A DNA stretch of 64,000 nucleotides from an uncultured virus (IMG/VR IMGVR_UViG_3300044911_002384) (IMGVR_UViG_3300044911_002384); one strand, 5' to 3'; counted from the first letter of the stretch, positions 1 through 10,021 are shown. The notes: generated by a model not told the origin, from the sequence alone. A program made the numbers and translations.

Positions 1-268
1 ATACTGGTAAAATGTCAGAACTGATACGAACCATTCTAAGTCGTTCATTTAAATCCCCCACTCGTTCAACGAGTAATCTAGTTGCTTCAATATTTTGGAC
101 CATGAGGTCCCATAGTTTTTGTTCTGCGACTTCTTTAGATTGCCGATTTAGCCAAGCCACAGTAGTAGCACCCGTGTTGTATTTTTTACAGTCGTCTTTG
201 GGTTTAATTCCATCCACTTGATGAGGATGGTCGATCCATTTGCAAGCAAAGCCTATACGTTTAGTCAT
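1..268 (-). CDS. uvsE: UV-damage endonuclease (UvsE/UvdE), 5' part; runs off window edge
   Basis: Not in ORF track. Manual translation from ATG at 268: MTKRIGFACKWIDHP...RMVRISSDILP, matching the UvsE N-terminal (RIGFAC) and R-x-SSD motifs. Confidence 0.75.
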   Translation of the reverse strand, partial: MTKRIGFACKWIDHPHQVDGIKPKDDCKKYNTGATTVAWLNRQSKEVAEQKLWDLMVQNIEATRLLVERVGDLNERLRMVRISSDILPV

Positions 269-286
269 ATGTATATTATAAACACA

Positions 287-985
287 TCAGCGCCAGTTGT
301 CAACGATAATTGGATCTTGTACGTCCGAAGGTTTTGGTTCACCGTGGAACACTAACACTTTAGTTCTAGGATCAATTTTTGGATTTTCGATTGATCTAAA
401 AATACGTTTATTTTCTAATCTTATAACATCTGTTTTGTTTCTTATTTCCCATTTGTAACTTTGTATCCATTCGTCTGGCCAGAAACAAAAATTAGTTTTA
501 ATTTGACTAAAAATCCAGTCTTGATCTCCGTGCATTCTTTTTACAACATCTTTTTCTTTTAAAAAGTTTTCCCAGACATACGAGTGACTACCTTTTTCTA
601 GTTTAAAGATACTGCTGTTAAATTTGTTCCAATTTTTTACAGTACTACGATTGAAATCCCTTATAATACAAAATTGACCATTGTTGTAGTTCCATAAGTC
701 ATCAATCGAGTTTATAACTACAACATCTAGATCAAAGAAAAGAATGGAACCAGAAAGAGGTAGTTCATTGCTGAACACCCAGGTTTTGTACCACCAACCT
801 GACAAAGTCACATGAATAGGAATAGGAATAATTTTAATTTTATCATTCAGTCCACTAGGATTTTCAGTAATGCAGGCAAAGTTAAAAGGAATAGTGCTAT
901 TTCTTTTAACCATGTTGTACAATTTGTTTACATAATCAGAGCTGTATTTTTCTCCATGCTTTAAACATACCAGCCATTTATCCAT
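287..985 (-). CDS. GT-A fold glycosyltransferase (GT8-like)
   Basis: FFDLDVVV DxD motif, FNSS, GDQDWI, VFHGEPKP. Confidence 0.75.
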   Translation of the reverse strand: MDKWLVCLKHGEKYSSDYVNKLYNMVKRNSTIPFNFACITENPSGLNDKIKIIPIPIHVTLSGWWYKTWVFSNELPLSGSILFFDLDVVVINSIDDLWNYNNGQFCIIRDFNRSTVKNWNKFNSSIFKLEKGSHSYVWENFLKEKDVVKRMHGDQDWIFSQIKTNFCFWPDEWIQSYKWEIRNKTDVIRLENKRIFRSIENPKIDPRTKVLVFHGEPKPSDVQDPIIVDNWR

Positions 986-1796
986 TAACTGCCTCGTAAA
1001 CTTTTTTTATACTTTCTAATAGATCTCTTAATTCGTTTAATGGTATCATATTAGGGCCATCACTTGGTGCAGAATTTGGATTCTCATGTGTTTCTATAAA
1101 AACTGCATTTACACAACCAGTGGCTACAGCCGCCCTCGCCAAGTATGGGACCATTGATCTATCTCCACCTGAGCTTGTTCCCATTCCTCCAGGCTGTTGT
1201 ACACTGTGAGTACAATCAAAGACCACGGGATAACCAGAACGTTCCATAATAGGTAGACTACGCATGTCAACCACAAGATTATTGTATCCATGTGTTACTC
1301 CTCTTTCACATAACATAATACGATTATTACCAGTACTGGCAATTTTTTCAGCAGCTTTACTGATATCGTTCGGAGCCATAAATTGGCCTTTTTTAATATT
1401 AACAGCAAGGCCTGTTTCTCCTGCTGCTAATAATAAGTCTGTCTGTCTAGATAGAAAAGCTGGAATTTGTAAAACATCAATATTAGCTTCTTTACAGAGT
1501 ACGGCTTGTTCAGGATGATGAATATCTGTAAGTGTAGCAACATTTAAATTTTGTTTCACTCCAAACATAACATCAAGGCCTTCTTTGATACCTGGACCTC
1601 TTTTAGTGCTTATACTAGTTCTATTAGCTTTATCAAAACTGCTCTTATAGATAAAGTTCATACCTAATCTATCTGTAATTTCTTTTACAGTTTCGGCTAT
1701 CATCAAGGCATGTTGTAGTGATTCAATTTGACACGGACCAGCAATAACAGTTAATGGTTGGCCTTTACCTATTTTAAAGTTCTTAATTGTAATCAC
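978..1796 (-). CDS. kdsA: KDO 8-phosphate synthase
   Basis: IAGPCQIES, KSSFDKANRTS, QIPAFLSRQTDL, NIKKGQF, DCTHSVQQPGG, SDGPNM. Confidence 0.95.
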   Translation of the reverse strand: MITIKNFKIGKGQPLTVIAGPCQIESLQHALMIAETVKEITDRLGMNFIYKSSFDKANRTSISTKRGPGIKEGLDVMFGVKQNLNVATLTDIHHPEQAVLCKEANIDVLQIPAFLSRQTDLLLAAGETGLAVNIKKGQFMAPNDISKAAEKIASTGNNRIMLCERGVTHGYNNLVVDMRSLPIMERSGYPVVFDCTHSVQQPGGMGTSSGGDRSMVPYLARAAVATGCVNAVFIETHENPNSAPSDGPNMIPLNELRDLLESIKKVYEAVNG

Positions 1797-2386
1797 ACAA
1801 ATAAATCCTCATTCCATTCTCTATGGCCTTCTCTAAAAGCCATATTGCTCTGTGTTTCGCGCACTTCTACTCGATAACACCAAAGACGTTCTGCTTCGCC
1901 TGGACCCCACATTTCTGGAATGTAAACACCATTAACATACTTGTACAGCATGTCAGCAAGACCTTCGCAGCCTAATCGAGGCAGCACAACAATCTTGGCC
2001 ATGTTGCGTTCTTTCAGAAGTTGGAATGTTTCCATTTCTGGATCATCTTGTGCTACAATTAATGTGTGATCAAATTGATCTTCTAGAATTTTTTTAAGTT
2101 CTTTGAGACCGCCATAGTCAGCTGCCCAATTACGCACATCTAAATCGTCTGTGCCAAAGTAAAACTTCATGCTAAATGAATAGCCATGAATTAGATTACA
2201 ATGACTATCCGCACGCCATTGTCGATAGGCACATGGAAATGCGTCGTGATATTCTTTGGTACTGGTATATTTGTAAGTTCTATTACGAGCAAATGCTCTT
2301 CGAATAGTTTCAAGGTGAGCCGCTGCTTCTTCTGAGCTCATATTGGCTACATCAATATAATGTATTGTTTTGTTTTCTTGCGACAT
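1793..2386 (-). CDS. queD: 6-pyruvoyl-tetrahydropterin synthase / QueD-like T-fold enzyme
   Basis: CNLIHGY, DYGGLK, FDHTL, VEVRET motifs. Confidence 0.8.
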   Translation of the reverse strand: MSQENKTIHYIDVANMSSEEAAAHLETIRRAFARNRTYKYTSTKEYHDAFPCAYRQWRADSHCNLIHGYSFSMKFYFGTDDLDVRNWAADYGGLKELKKILEDQFDHTLIVAQDDPEMETFQLLKERNMAKIVVLPRLGCEGLADMLYKYVNGVYIPEMWGPGEAERLWCYRVEVRETQSNMAFREGHREWNEDLFV

Positions 2387-2387
2387 G

Positions 2388-2466
2388 CTTATTCTCCTAT
2401 GTTAATTATAGCATAGGCTTGCAGAATTTGTAAAGCGGGAATGAAAGCCAGAAAGGCCGCTATGCG
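2388..2466 (-). promoter_or_regulatory. Structured 5' leader of queD (candidate riboswitch)
   Basis: AGCGG/CCGCT stem enclosing GCC-TTTCT-GGC; CCTATG/CATAGG hairpin covers the AGGAG SD. Confidence 0.5.
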
Positions 2467-2468
2467 TT

Positions 2469-2498
2469 ATTATATACTTATAATTTTGTTATTGTCAA
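2469..2498 (-). promoter_or_regulatory. sigma70-type promoter for queD-kdsA
   Basis: TTGACA-N18-TATAAT. Confidence 0.65.
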
Positions 2499-3134
2499 GT
2501 TCTTAATATTCTTCCACTGTTCTGGAATTCTCCAACCTTCCGGTTGTAATTGTTCAAACTCGATATTAGAGTAATGATCAAATAATTTTTTAAGTTGATA
2601 AATCCAAAAATCTGGAGCGACTCTTCTATCATGAGGGCCTGCATAATTTGCAGTTCCTTTATAGATATTATTGATAAAACTAGTTTTACTCCAAAGGTCA
2701 AATCCTAGTAGTATTATTTTTTTTGGATTTTTTAAACAAGCAAGCAGAACTGCATAAGGTCCGCTATTCCAATGAAACGGTTGATCTACTTTATTAACAC
2801 CGGTAAAAGGTAATATAGGTAAAGATTTTACTTGTTGAGTAAGTTTATAATTATCAAACCAATCTTCCCTAGTGTAAATTGTTTTATCTTTGTTAGCTTC
2901 GTTTCTTAATATTTCGTCAACCATTCTTCGGTCAACCGCAACATATTCATCACAAGTGTGATCTCTATGTACTGCATTACACCCTATAGTGTGATCTTTA
3001 ATTTGATTAAGGGCAAAGCCTTCTCGACTTTGCCCATTGCCTATAACCCAGATTTTCAATTGTTTTTTTAAGTTCTTGTTATTGCGCCGAAAGGAGCCCA
3101 GATACCAGGAGTTCCAGGAGTAATACATACCCAA
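2478..3134 (-). CDS. MptE/DUF115/sialyltransferase-like Rossmann protein (true start probably TTG ~3059)
   Basis: VIGNGQSR, IGCN, YVAVD, NSG, ILLGFD motifs. Confidence 0.55.
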   Translation of the reverse strand: MGMYYSWNSWYLGSFRRNNKNLKKQLKIWVIGNGQSREGFALNQIKDHTIGCNAVHRDHTCDEYVAVDRRMVDEILRNEANKDKTIYTREDWFDNYKLTQQVKSLPILPFTGVNKVDQPFHWNSGPYAVLLACLKNPKKIILLGFDLWSKTSFINNIYKGTANYAGPHDRRVAPDFWIYQLKKLFDHYSNIEFEQLQPEGWRIPEQWKNIKNLTITKL

Positions 3135-4408
3135 CCTATATAACTAGTTGGTTTAGGATCATCATTCCATACAATATCTCCTTTATTGTATTGACCGGAT
3201 GAAGGATAATTAGATCCGATTTCAAATTTCTTTCTTTGAAAACTAACAGGACCATCTACAGTCAATGCTACACCGTCTTGAGGAGCCGATACACCTATAG
3301 TTACGTTTCCATATAAGTTTAAAGGTCTGGATAAATTTTCATAGTTTCCTATTACTATATGGTCTGATAATTCAAAATCTACTATGTTAGAATTTTTAAT
3401 AGAAAAATTTTGTTGGAATGTAATCTGATGTTCATCAATAACAAAATTTCCTACCTCTATTTGACTGGTACTAAGTCGTCTTGTTACCGCAGCATCACCT
3501 GCTACTTGTAGTTCTGTCAATACACCTACAGATGTTAACGAACTTGTTGTTACACTTGGTCCAAGAGTGTTTCTGTTTAGAACTGTTCTTCCATCAATCA
3601 TATACGACTTTTCTAAAGGCAAGTCCAATGATTCAGTAGAATAGAATCTTTCTGGTTGATTATGTAGTACAAATTGCTTGCTAGGACCTTTTAAATTTGC
3701 CCACATTAATCCTTTACCGTAATTACTTACAGTTTCTGTTTCTTTAAAAATTAATAAAGTTGTTTTTTCAGTGTGTATTTCATCAGCAGTTAGTCTTCCA
3801 TGAACTCTGACTTCTCCGTTTCTATATACAGTGATTCTCGCCTTATTATCGGTAACTATATCTAAATGACTGCTAGTAAGGGTACCAATAATACCAGTTT
3901 CTGATTTAGAACTACCTATACCTAAATCAACACCGTTTTCTCTGATTCCTAAAGCTAGTTGTGGGCTGTCGTTGTTGATGCCTATTTTATTTTGATCACT
4001 GCTAATATAAAAGAATTCTCCGAATTCTCCATTACCTGCAACCTTTAATGTTTTAAGTGTACCAACAGTTTTTAAATTACTTTTTACAACCGTATTTCCT
4101 AATTCGTATAAGGACAAAACTGTAGTATTTGAAATTTTATAATTTTGATCCTCATCGAGATCTATTGATAAATCGGAATAGATGCTTTCTTTTTTATAAA
4201 ATAACCCTTTATTTTTTCTGCCGTCGGACCAACTAAATCCTTTATTTTCTAATTCAGAAAAACTATTAGCTGTTATTTTAACAGCCGATGTTCCTTCTAC
4301 ATTAGCAACAGTGATTTTACCGTTGGTTATAAGCAAGGTATCTTGTGTAGCTAAATCAGATATACCTTGACTGCGAAATTTCAGGGGTTCATAAACGTTT
4401 AAGGCCAT
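3068..4408 (-). CDS. Putative virion structural/tail-fibre-like protein
   Basis: Beta-rich; repeated SxLxxVGxLxxLxV segments, KIGINNDSP, C-terminal GDIVWN...GWVC; TAAATA upstream. Confidence 0.5.
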   Translation of the reverse strand: MALNVYEPLKFRSQGISDLATQDTLLITNGKITVANVEGTSAVKITANSFSELENKGFSWSDGRKNKGLFYKKESIYSDLSIDLDEDQNYKISNTTVLSLYELGNTVVKSNLKTVGTLKTLKVAGNGEFGEFFYISSDQNKIGINNDSPQLALGIRENGVDLGIGSSKSETGIIGTLTSSHLDIVTDNKARITVYRNGEVRVHGRLTADEIHTEKTTLLIFKETETVSNYGKGLMWANLKGPSKQFVLHNQPERFYSTESLDLPLEKSYMIDGRTVLNRNTLGPSVTTSSLTSVGVLTELQVAGDAAVTRRLSTSQIEVGNFVIDEHQITFQQNFSIKNSNIVDFELSDHIVIGNYENLSRPLNLYGNVTIGVSAPQDGVALTVDGPVSFQRKKFEIGSNYPSSGQYNKGDIVWNDDPKPTSYIGWVCITPGTPGIWAPFGAITRT

Positions 4409-4452
4409 AGAAATACTCTCTTTTGGAGTATTTATCCATGGCCTTACTTATT

Positions 4453-5637
4453 TCACTGTACTTTTAATAGTATTGTTTCTTCGTTTATTCTACCATTCAT
4501 TTTAGTATCTGTAGCTTTTATGTCCTCGAGAAACTTACGTAGTGCTACTTTACCAGCTGATTTAAACTCTTTTAGTTGGTCTGCGGGCTTTCTAAGTGTT
4601 TTTTGAACACTAAGAGTCTCACTGAATCCAGTAATACTAGCACCCTTAACACCAAGTTCGTTAAAGTCGGCAGCTACATATTTGCCTAATTTACGAGTTT
4701 TAGTATTATAAATCCACAATTCTTTGGAACCAATAATATCAGCAGGATTAATACTGACCAATTTCAAAGGTTCGTCAGACTTTTTATATTTGAGTTTAGC
4801 AACAATCTTGTCAGCAGGCACTACTTTTTTAGCACGTGGCTTACGATTGATTTTACTTTCTTGCATGAGCATAGTACATGCAGAATTTACTTCTGCGTAA
4901 AAATCAATAAGCTTTCGAATTTGTTTTTTACTGCGATGACTATACGCTTCACGTAATTGTTCGTCGGCTTGTCCACTAGCTAGTTCTTCTAGTTCAGCAA
5001 GATTGCCCGAGTAAAAGTCTCGGATGATACGTGCGTGAGCAGCTTTGGCATCTTTACCTTTTAGCAAGTTAAGAACTTTGAAAGCTTTTGGATCGAACGT
5101 TTCTGGATCTTCGTTCCAATTTTCGATAGCTGTTTCAATATCTTCCGTCATTGACATAGCAACTTCGCGAAGTCTATCTTGAATGCTAGGCTGTATCGTT
5201 GTAGTTTTAGCAATATCGTCTGTTACTTCTTCAACGTCATACGTGCCCTCACCTATAACTTTATTAACTTGAGCTAACAACCAATCCGCAGTGTTTCTGC
5301 CGTGATTAAAATCAGCTCGCTGTTCGGGCATACCCTTCAGTAAGCATGAAGCAATAGTTCCCATGGTAAGATGACTGCGCCAGTCTTTAGTACGCTTAAA
5401 CGACGCTATAATGCTTTTGTCCACGCCTTTTTGCGTTAACCATTTAATAACTTGAGGCTTTAGTTCTTTGCCACCGTATTCGGAACGGTAGTATAAAGAA
5501 CTGTTATGAAAATGTGCATAAAACTTGTCAATGTCCCAACTTTCACTACCTTCCCAATTTGGGCTAGTATCTCGTTTGGATTTAGAAGTTGCGGATTTTA
5601 CAACGACTTTTTTAGCTTTAACGCGAGCCATAATCAC
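4453..5637 (-). CDS. Hypothetical phage protein
   Basis: 394-aa ORF with GGAG SD; no recognised motif. Confidence 0.6.
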   Translation of the reverse strand: MIMARVKAKKVVVKSATSKSKRDTSPNWEGSESWDIDKFYAHFHNSSLYYRSEYGGKELKPQVIKWLTQKGVDKSIIASFKRTKDWRSHLTMGTIASCLLKGMPEQRADFNHGRNTADWLLAQVNKVIGEGTYDVEEVTDDIAKTTTIQPSIQDRLREVAMSMTEDIETAIENWNEDPETFDPKAFKVLNLLKGKDAKAAHARIIRDFYSGNLAELEELASGQADEQLREAYSHRSKKQIRKLIDFYAEVNSACTMLMQESKINRKPRAKKVVPADKIVAKLKYKKSDEPLKLVSINPADIIGSKELWIYNTKTRKLGKYVAADFNELGVKGASITGFSETLSVQKTLRKPADQLKEFKSAGKVALRKFLEDIKATDTKMNGRINEETILLKVQ

Positions 5638-5660
5638 TCCTAGTTGTTAATTGTGAGTAA

Positions 5661-5885
5661 TTATAGCACGGTTGGGTCTTTTTTGTCAACCTGTTCTTTC
5701 GGCATCTCGGCTGGATTCATAATGGTATGCCTTAACCATTTAGCAATACCCATGGAAATGTAAAACCTCATTATTAGATTGTTAACAATTAACAATCCAG
5801 CAATGATTATAATCATTCCAAGAGTTAGTAAGAAAGCACTATTAACAAAGTTAATAGCGGATATTACAGCAGAATAATCGTTCAT
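5661..5885 (-). CDS. Small membrane protein
   Basis: Long hydrophobic N-terminal segment. Confidence 0.5.
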   Translation of the reverse strand: MNDYSAVISAINFVNSAFLLTLGMIIIIAGLLIVNNLIMRFYISMGIAKWLRHTIMNPAEMPKEQVDKKDPTVL

Positions 5886-5900
5886 TTTTTAAACTTATAG

Positions 5901-5937
5901 AAAAACCCGAACATGAGCTATGCATCAGAGGTCCGGG
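5901..5937 (-). terminator. Hairpin with U-tract, probable intrinsic terminator
   Basis: CCCGGAC...GTTCGGG followed by TTTTT. Confidence 0.5.
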
Positions 5938-5951
5938 CCGTGTTAATCGAA

Positions 5952-6191
5952 TTACTTCTTTTTTGGTTCGTCTTTTGGTGCCTTAACTACAGGCTTTTCA
6001 ACTTTCGGCATTTCTTTAGGCTGCTTTTTACATTCAGTTTTATCTGCGTTTTTAGCATCCTTACAGTCAATTTTTGCTGACTTTGGTACACGAACTTCAT
6101 AAGTCTTGCCATCGACTTTTACATTCTTATCTTCACCTGATACAGCGAAGGTTGCTGCTGTGGCTAATACAAGTGCTGTGATCATTTTCAT
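5952..6191 (-). CDS. Small exported Lys/Pro-rich protein
   Basis: Signal-peptide-like N terminus, Cys pair, AGGAG SD. Confidence 0.6.
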   Translation of the reverse strand: MKMITALVLATAATFAVSGEDKNVKVDGKTYEVRVPKSAKIDCKDAKNADKTECKKQPKEMPKVEKPVVKAPKDEPKKK

Positions 6192-6216
6192 AGCGGTCTC
6201 CTTTGTTGAATATTTA

Positions 6217-7032
6217 TTAAGTCCAAAGACTTTCTCGGACTTTGATAAGACGAATCATCATCTCTTCATCCTCCTTATTGTATGCTGCTTCAATTTCTCG
6301 ACTCTTATCTAAGGCAGTGTTACACATTTCAGCTTCTTCCGGAGTTTTATCATCCATGTCCAGTAAGTGATATCCTTTTTCACGACGCATTTCGCAGTAG
6401 TCACTCCACCCGCTGGCATCGTACATATCGGGACGTGTTGGATAAATTTCCTTCCACCAAGTGTACAGTTCGTAAATTTCTCGAGCAGCCTTAGCTTGAT
6501 AAGTGGGCTCAGCTAAATGCTTTTCACCCTCTTCGAGAAACTCTACAGTGGTTAGCTCCATTTCCCATTTTAAATGGGCAATGCCTGCTTCTGGACAACG
6601 CCATTGACGGAACCAACGACGCCACCAAGGATATCCAAATGTCTTACGAGCATCGTCGTCCCAAACACAGTGTGTCCACGCTTTCTCTATTTCAACAAAA
6701 TCCACAAGCTCGTTGAAAAGACAAGGCAAAAAGCGATTGCCCACATCACACCAATTACCTGGCGCAATATCTCTGGGATGGGCAGTAAGGGAATTAGTGC
6801 GAGTAACCCAGCGATTATTAACGTAATACCTAATATCATTTATTCTTTCCGGAATCCAGCACCAAACGTCTTGAATATGGTCTAACCCTTCTTCGGCCAG
6901 CCACCAACGGATCGGATATTTCTCTTTAGCGGCTTTTTCCCATTCTCTCCATTCTTTTCCGGTACCACATTTTAGTTTGGTAGTACCGCGAATCCAATCG
7001 GCAAATTTACTACAAGTCCAATAATTTCTCAT
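6217..7032 (-). CDS. Hypothetical Trp-rich phage protein
   Basis: 271-aa ORF coupled to upstream gene. Confidence 0.65.
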   Translation of the reverse strand: MRNYWTCSKFADWIRGTTKLKCGTGKEWREWEKAAKEKYPIRWWLAEEGLDHIQDVWCWIPERINDIRYYVNNRWVTRTNSLTAHPRDIAPGNWCDVGNRFLPCLFNELVDFVEIEKAWTHCVWDDDARKTFGYPWWRRWFRQWRCPEAGIAHLKWEMELTTVEFLEEGEKHLAEPTYQAKAAREIYELYTWWKEIYPTRPDMYDASGWSDYCEMRREKGYHLLDMDDKTPEEAEMCNTALDKSREIEAAYNKEDEEMMIRLIKVRESLWT

Positions 7033-7700
7033 TCGTTTTTACTTCCAAAAAGATGTAATAGGTTAAGGAATATGTTAATAAAATCTAAGTACAAAGTCAA
7101 GGCTCCGGCTACCTCAGCATTGCCATTGTTATCATAGCTAACCATTTCACGAATACGTTGTGTATCATAAGCGGTTAGCCCCAAAAAGATTATGATAGCC
7201 AACGCACTGATTACAGTAGTCATTACACTACTACCCACAAAAATATTAACAATGCTAGCGATACAAATAGCAATTAGTCCTACAATCAAAAATTGTCCGA
7301 AACTCTCTAAACTACGTTTTGTAAAATAACCATAAAAGGTCATACAGCCAAAAAGTATAGCTGCGCTCATAAATGACATAACAATACTAGCACCGGTATA
7401 GATTACAAAAATAGCACTGAAACTTAGTCCCATTAATACAGAAAATACCCATAGTAGCATAGTGGCCGTATCTTTGCTAAGGTCTTCCATTTTAAAACTA
7501 AAAAATAAAATGAATCCAATGGGCGCCAGCATAATCAACCATTTTAATGGCGTTCCGAAAAACAGTGCCATCATCATGGGTGTATTGCCTACTATGAAAC
7601 TAGTAACCATACTAATCAAAACGGCTATCATCATATTTTGATAAACACGTATCATTGCTGAATTGACTTCAGCAGCACTTTTATAAGTTGTAACAAACAT
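7029..7700 (-). CDS. Bax inhibitor-1/YccA family membrane protein
   Basis: About 7 TM helices, YGYFTKRSL, AYDTQRI, ALTLYLDFINIF. Confidence 0.9.
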   Translation of the reverse strand: MFVTTYKSAAEVNSAMIRVYQNMMIAVLISMVTSFIVGNTPMMMALFFGTPLKWLIMLAPIGFILFFSFKMEDLSKDTATMLLWVFSVLMGLSFSAIFVIYTGASIVMSFMSAAILFGCMTFYGYFTKRSLESFGQFLIVGLIAICIASIVNIFVGSSVMTTVISALAIIIFLGLTAYDTQRIREMVSYDNNGNAEVAGALTLYLDFINIFLNLLHLFGSKNE

Positions 7701-7712
7701 TATGTGTCTCCT

Positions 7713-7901
7713 TTAATTCTGTGGTAATTGATGAAATCTACTTAAAAAGCTTTCTGTGTAACAACTAAACTCTTTAGGTTCATCGTACTCACTATCGATT
7801 CTACGATAATGAACCCACATGTTACCTTCTACTTCAACTTCATTAATAACTTGAAATCTTCTACCATCCGCACTTTGCCATAGTGATCCTTGTGTTATCA
7901 T
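7713..7901 (-). CDS. Hypothetical protein
   Basis: 62-aa ORF with AGGAG SD. Confidence 0.55.
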   Translation of the reverse strand: MITQGSLWQSADGRRFQVINEVEVEGNMWVHYRRIDSEYDEPKEFSCYTESFLSRFHQLPQN

Positions 7902-7925
7902 AAGTAACTCCTTTGTTATGATATA

Positions 7926-9245
7926 TTATATCTTTTCTCCTACTTCGAAACCTCTGAAATGAAGAAATCTTGGAAATCTCAAACTATAACTGCCATCTTG
8001 ATTTTGGGTCACGGCGTCTGCTCTTACTTCAACAATTTTTCCAAAAAGAGAACTCCGTGAATTCCAAAAAGTATCGCGATCAGAGTCGCTAAAACCGGAA
8101 CCAACGTTAACCCTGATGTGCCTAGCGTCGTCATTACCCTCACAGACAAGAGCACCAAGCCGTCCCACATTCCTTCCAGTACCTTCTTCAACATCTGTGA
8201 CCTCCAATGAAACTTCGATAAATGGTTTTAATTTTAACCAACTAGTAGTACGTTTACATTCATAAGGAGCCAGGGGATCCTTGATCATAATACCTTCGTA
8301 ATTATTTTCAATAGCAGATTTGTTATACATACGAAATAGATTTTGTCCTTCATCTGTATCTAAATCTACAATAGCTTGATCTAAGCACCGTACATATGAC
8401 ATCGACTTGTTAAGCTTATTATTATACCAGTTGTGCAACCAGCTACTACGGTCTCTTTGGATCGTATTAAAAATACCTGATTCAAAAGCTGACAACGGTA
8501 AAATATCGAATAACCACAAGACTGCATCATTAGCCGCAACATTGTCTTTACGATGAACCTGTTTCATTAGGTCCTGGAAACTTGAACTCATAACTTCACC
8601 GTCAAGCACCATTGGTTCTGTAAATGTATTGGCGTTTAGTGCAAGTTCTTCTTTGATGTGTTCAAAGTTTACAAGCTCTTTGCCATTCCGGCTAAATTGA
8701 AGAACACGACCATCTGGCCAAACAACAGTAATAACACGCACACCATCCAACTTGACTTCCACCAATTTTTTACCTGTAAGTTTTCCTTCATGATTAGCAC
8801 TATCGTGAGCAAGCTGGCAGCTGAAAGTAGGTATAATGTAATCTGCATATTTTTTCTCCACTACTTTGTTAATTGTTTTTTCACTTACACCACAACGTAG
8901 GTCTTTAATAAGAATACGACGATACCAATCATTCCATTCATTCTTTTTAGCAATAGTAAGACAGAGTTCAATAGCGTCTTTAGCATCGTGACCGGTAAGT
9001 TCACGTTTCGCTAATTTGTCTGCCAGATCTTCAAACACTTCCCAAGGTAGTCCTTGGCCGTCTGGACCGCTATGGCTAGGAACTTTTTTAACACCAAATG
9101 TGACCATTGGATCTAGTGCTAGGCGAACGCCTTTAAAAAATTCGTCATTACCTTGTTCAGCTTGTACCAAAATAATGGCTTCCTTGTCTAAACGACTATT
9201 ATGTGTTTCTAATGCGGTGATAACATATTGGCAAGGATCGGACAT
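7926..9245 (-). CDS. ATP-dependent DNA ligase
   Basis: EVKLDGVR (KxDG), LDGE, EGIMIK, WLKLK, SLRFPRF. Confidence 0.95.
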   Translation of the reverse strand: MSDPCQYVITALETHNSRLDKEAIILVQAEQGNDEFFKGVRLALDPMVTFGVKKVPSHSGPDGQGLPWEVFEDLADKLAKRELTGHDAKDAIELCLTIAKKNEWNDWYRRILIKDLRCGVSEKTINKVVEKKYADYIIPTFSCQLAHDSANHEGKLTGKKLVEVKLDGVRVITVVWPDGRVLQFSRNGKELVNFEHIKEELALNANTFTEPMVLDGEVMSSSFQDLMKQVHRKDNVAANDAVLWLFDILPLSAFESGIFNTIQRDRSSWLHNWYNNKLNKSMSYVRCLDQAIVDLDTDEGQNLFRMYNKSAIENNYEGIMIKDPLAPYECKRTTSWLKLKPFIEVSLEVTDVEEGTGRNVGRLGALVCEGNDDARHIRVNVGSGFSDSDRDTFWNSRSSLFGKIVEVRADAVTQNQDGSYSLRFPRFLHFRGFEVGEKI

Positions 9246-9275
9246 AGTTTTTGTATATGATTAGTTAATACGCTG

Positions 9276-9304
9276 ATTATACTTGAATTTGTTTAGTATG
9301 TCAA
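9276..9304 (-). promoter_or_regulatory. sigma70 consensus promoter (ligase)
   Basis: TTGACA-N17-TATAAT. Confidence 0.8.
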
Positions 9305-10021
9305 GTAATCTGAAGTTTTAAATGGTTTGCCAATTTTGGCATAGGGTAAGTAATATATTACTTTCTTTTTAAGTTTTTTGATTATAGGATGATTATGATC
9401 GAAATTGAATGTTCTCAGATATCTAAGGTAGCTACTTCTTTTACATCGATTAGCTTGATTACTGTCTAGATATTTTTTGGATTTCGACCAATTCGTTCCA
9501 AATTTATCATATAATTCACAGGCTATGTTAAAAGCATAAGCACCAATTTCGTCTGGGTGTCCGTAATAGTTTTGATTACGTCTTTGTGTGATCAAATGGG
9601 CTGTACTTTGATATCCAGGAATGGTTTTCCAATTTCTAGTTCTATACTGTCTCATATGTATGATTTCATGCAGTATAGTATCAGCGAAAACCTCGCATAT
9701 TCTGTGCCAACGATACTGGGTGATTTTTAAGTATTCGTCCCAAATGAAATAACTAAACACTATTTCAATAAATCGTTTTTCGTTTTCTTCATCTTCGTCA
9801 CCATAATAACAGCCGCCTATATAAATGATACCGTGCTCTTGTTCGGCAGTGCGTACCATTTTAGTTTTGACTGGAAGATATTTTTTGGTTTGATTTGCGA
9901 GAATACTGTGTATTTTTTCAATAGTAAGTACCTGCCCTACTATGCGTTTTCGGGCACCGTTGAGGAAACCATAAAGTGTAGATCGATCCAGTTTGGACCA
10001 ATCAAATACTGCTTGGGCCAT
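9293..10021 (-). CDS. HExxH-motif (zincin-like) protein
   Basis: ILHEIIHMRQ and downstream DEIGAY. Confidence 0.55.
   Translation of the reverse strand: MAQAVFDWSKLDRSTLYGFLNGARKRIVGQVLTIEKIHSILANQTKKYLPVKTKMVRTAEQEHGIIYIGGCYYGDEDEENEKRFIEIVFSYFIWDEYLKITQYRWHRICEVFADTILHEIIHMRQYRTRNWKTIPGYQSTAHLITQRRNQNYYGHPDEIGAYAFNIACELYDKFGTNWSKSKKYLDSNQANRCKRSSYLRYLRTFNFDHNHPIIKKLKKKVIYYLPYAKIGKPFKTSDYLTY

Noticed and set aside
5901..5945. Possible hammerhead ribozyme (CTGATG)
   Set aside because: Core would need CTGANGA and GAAA; the sequence reads CTGATGC and fits a terminator-like hairpin better
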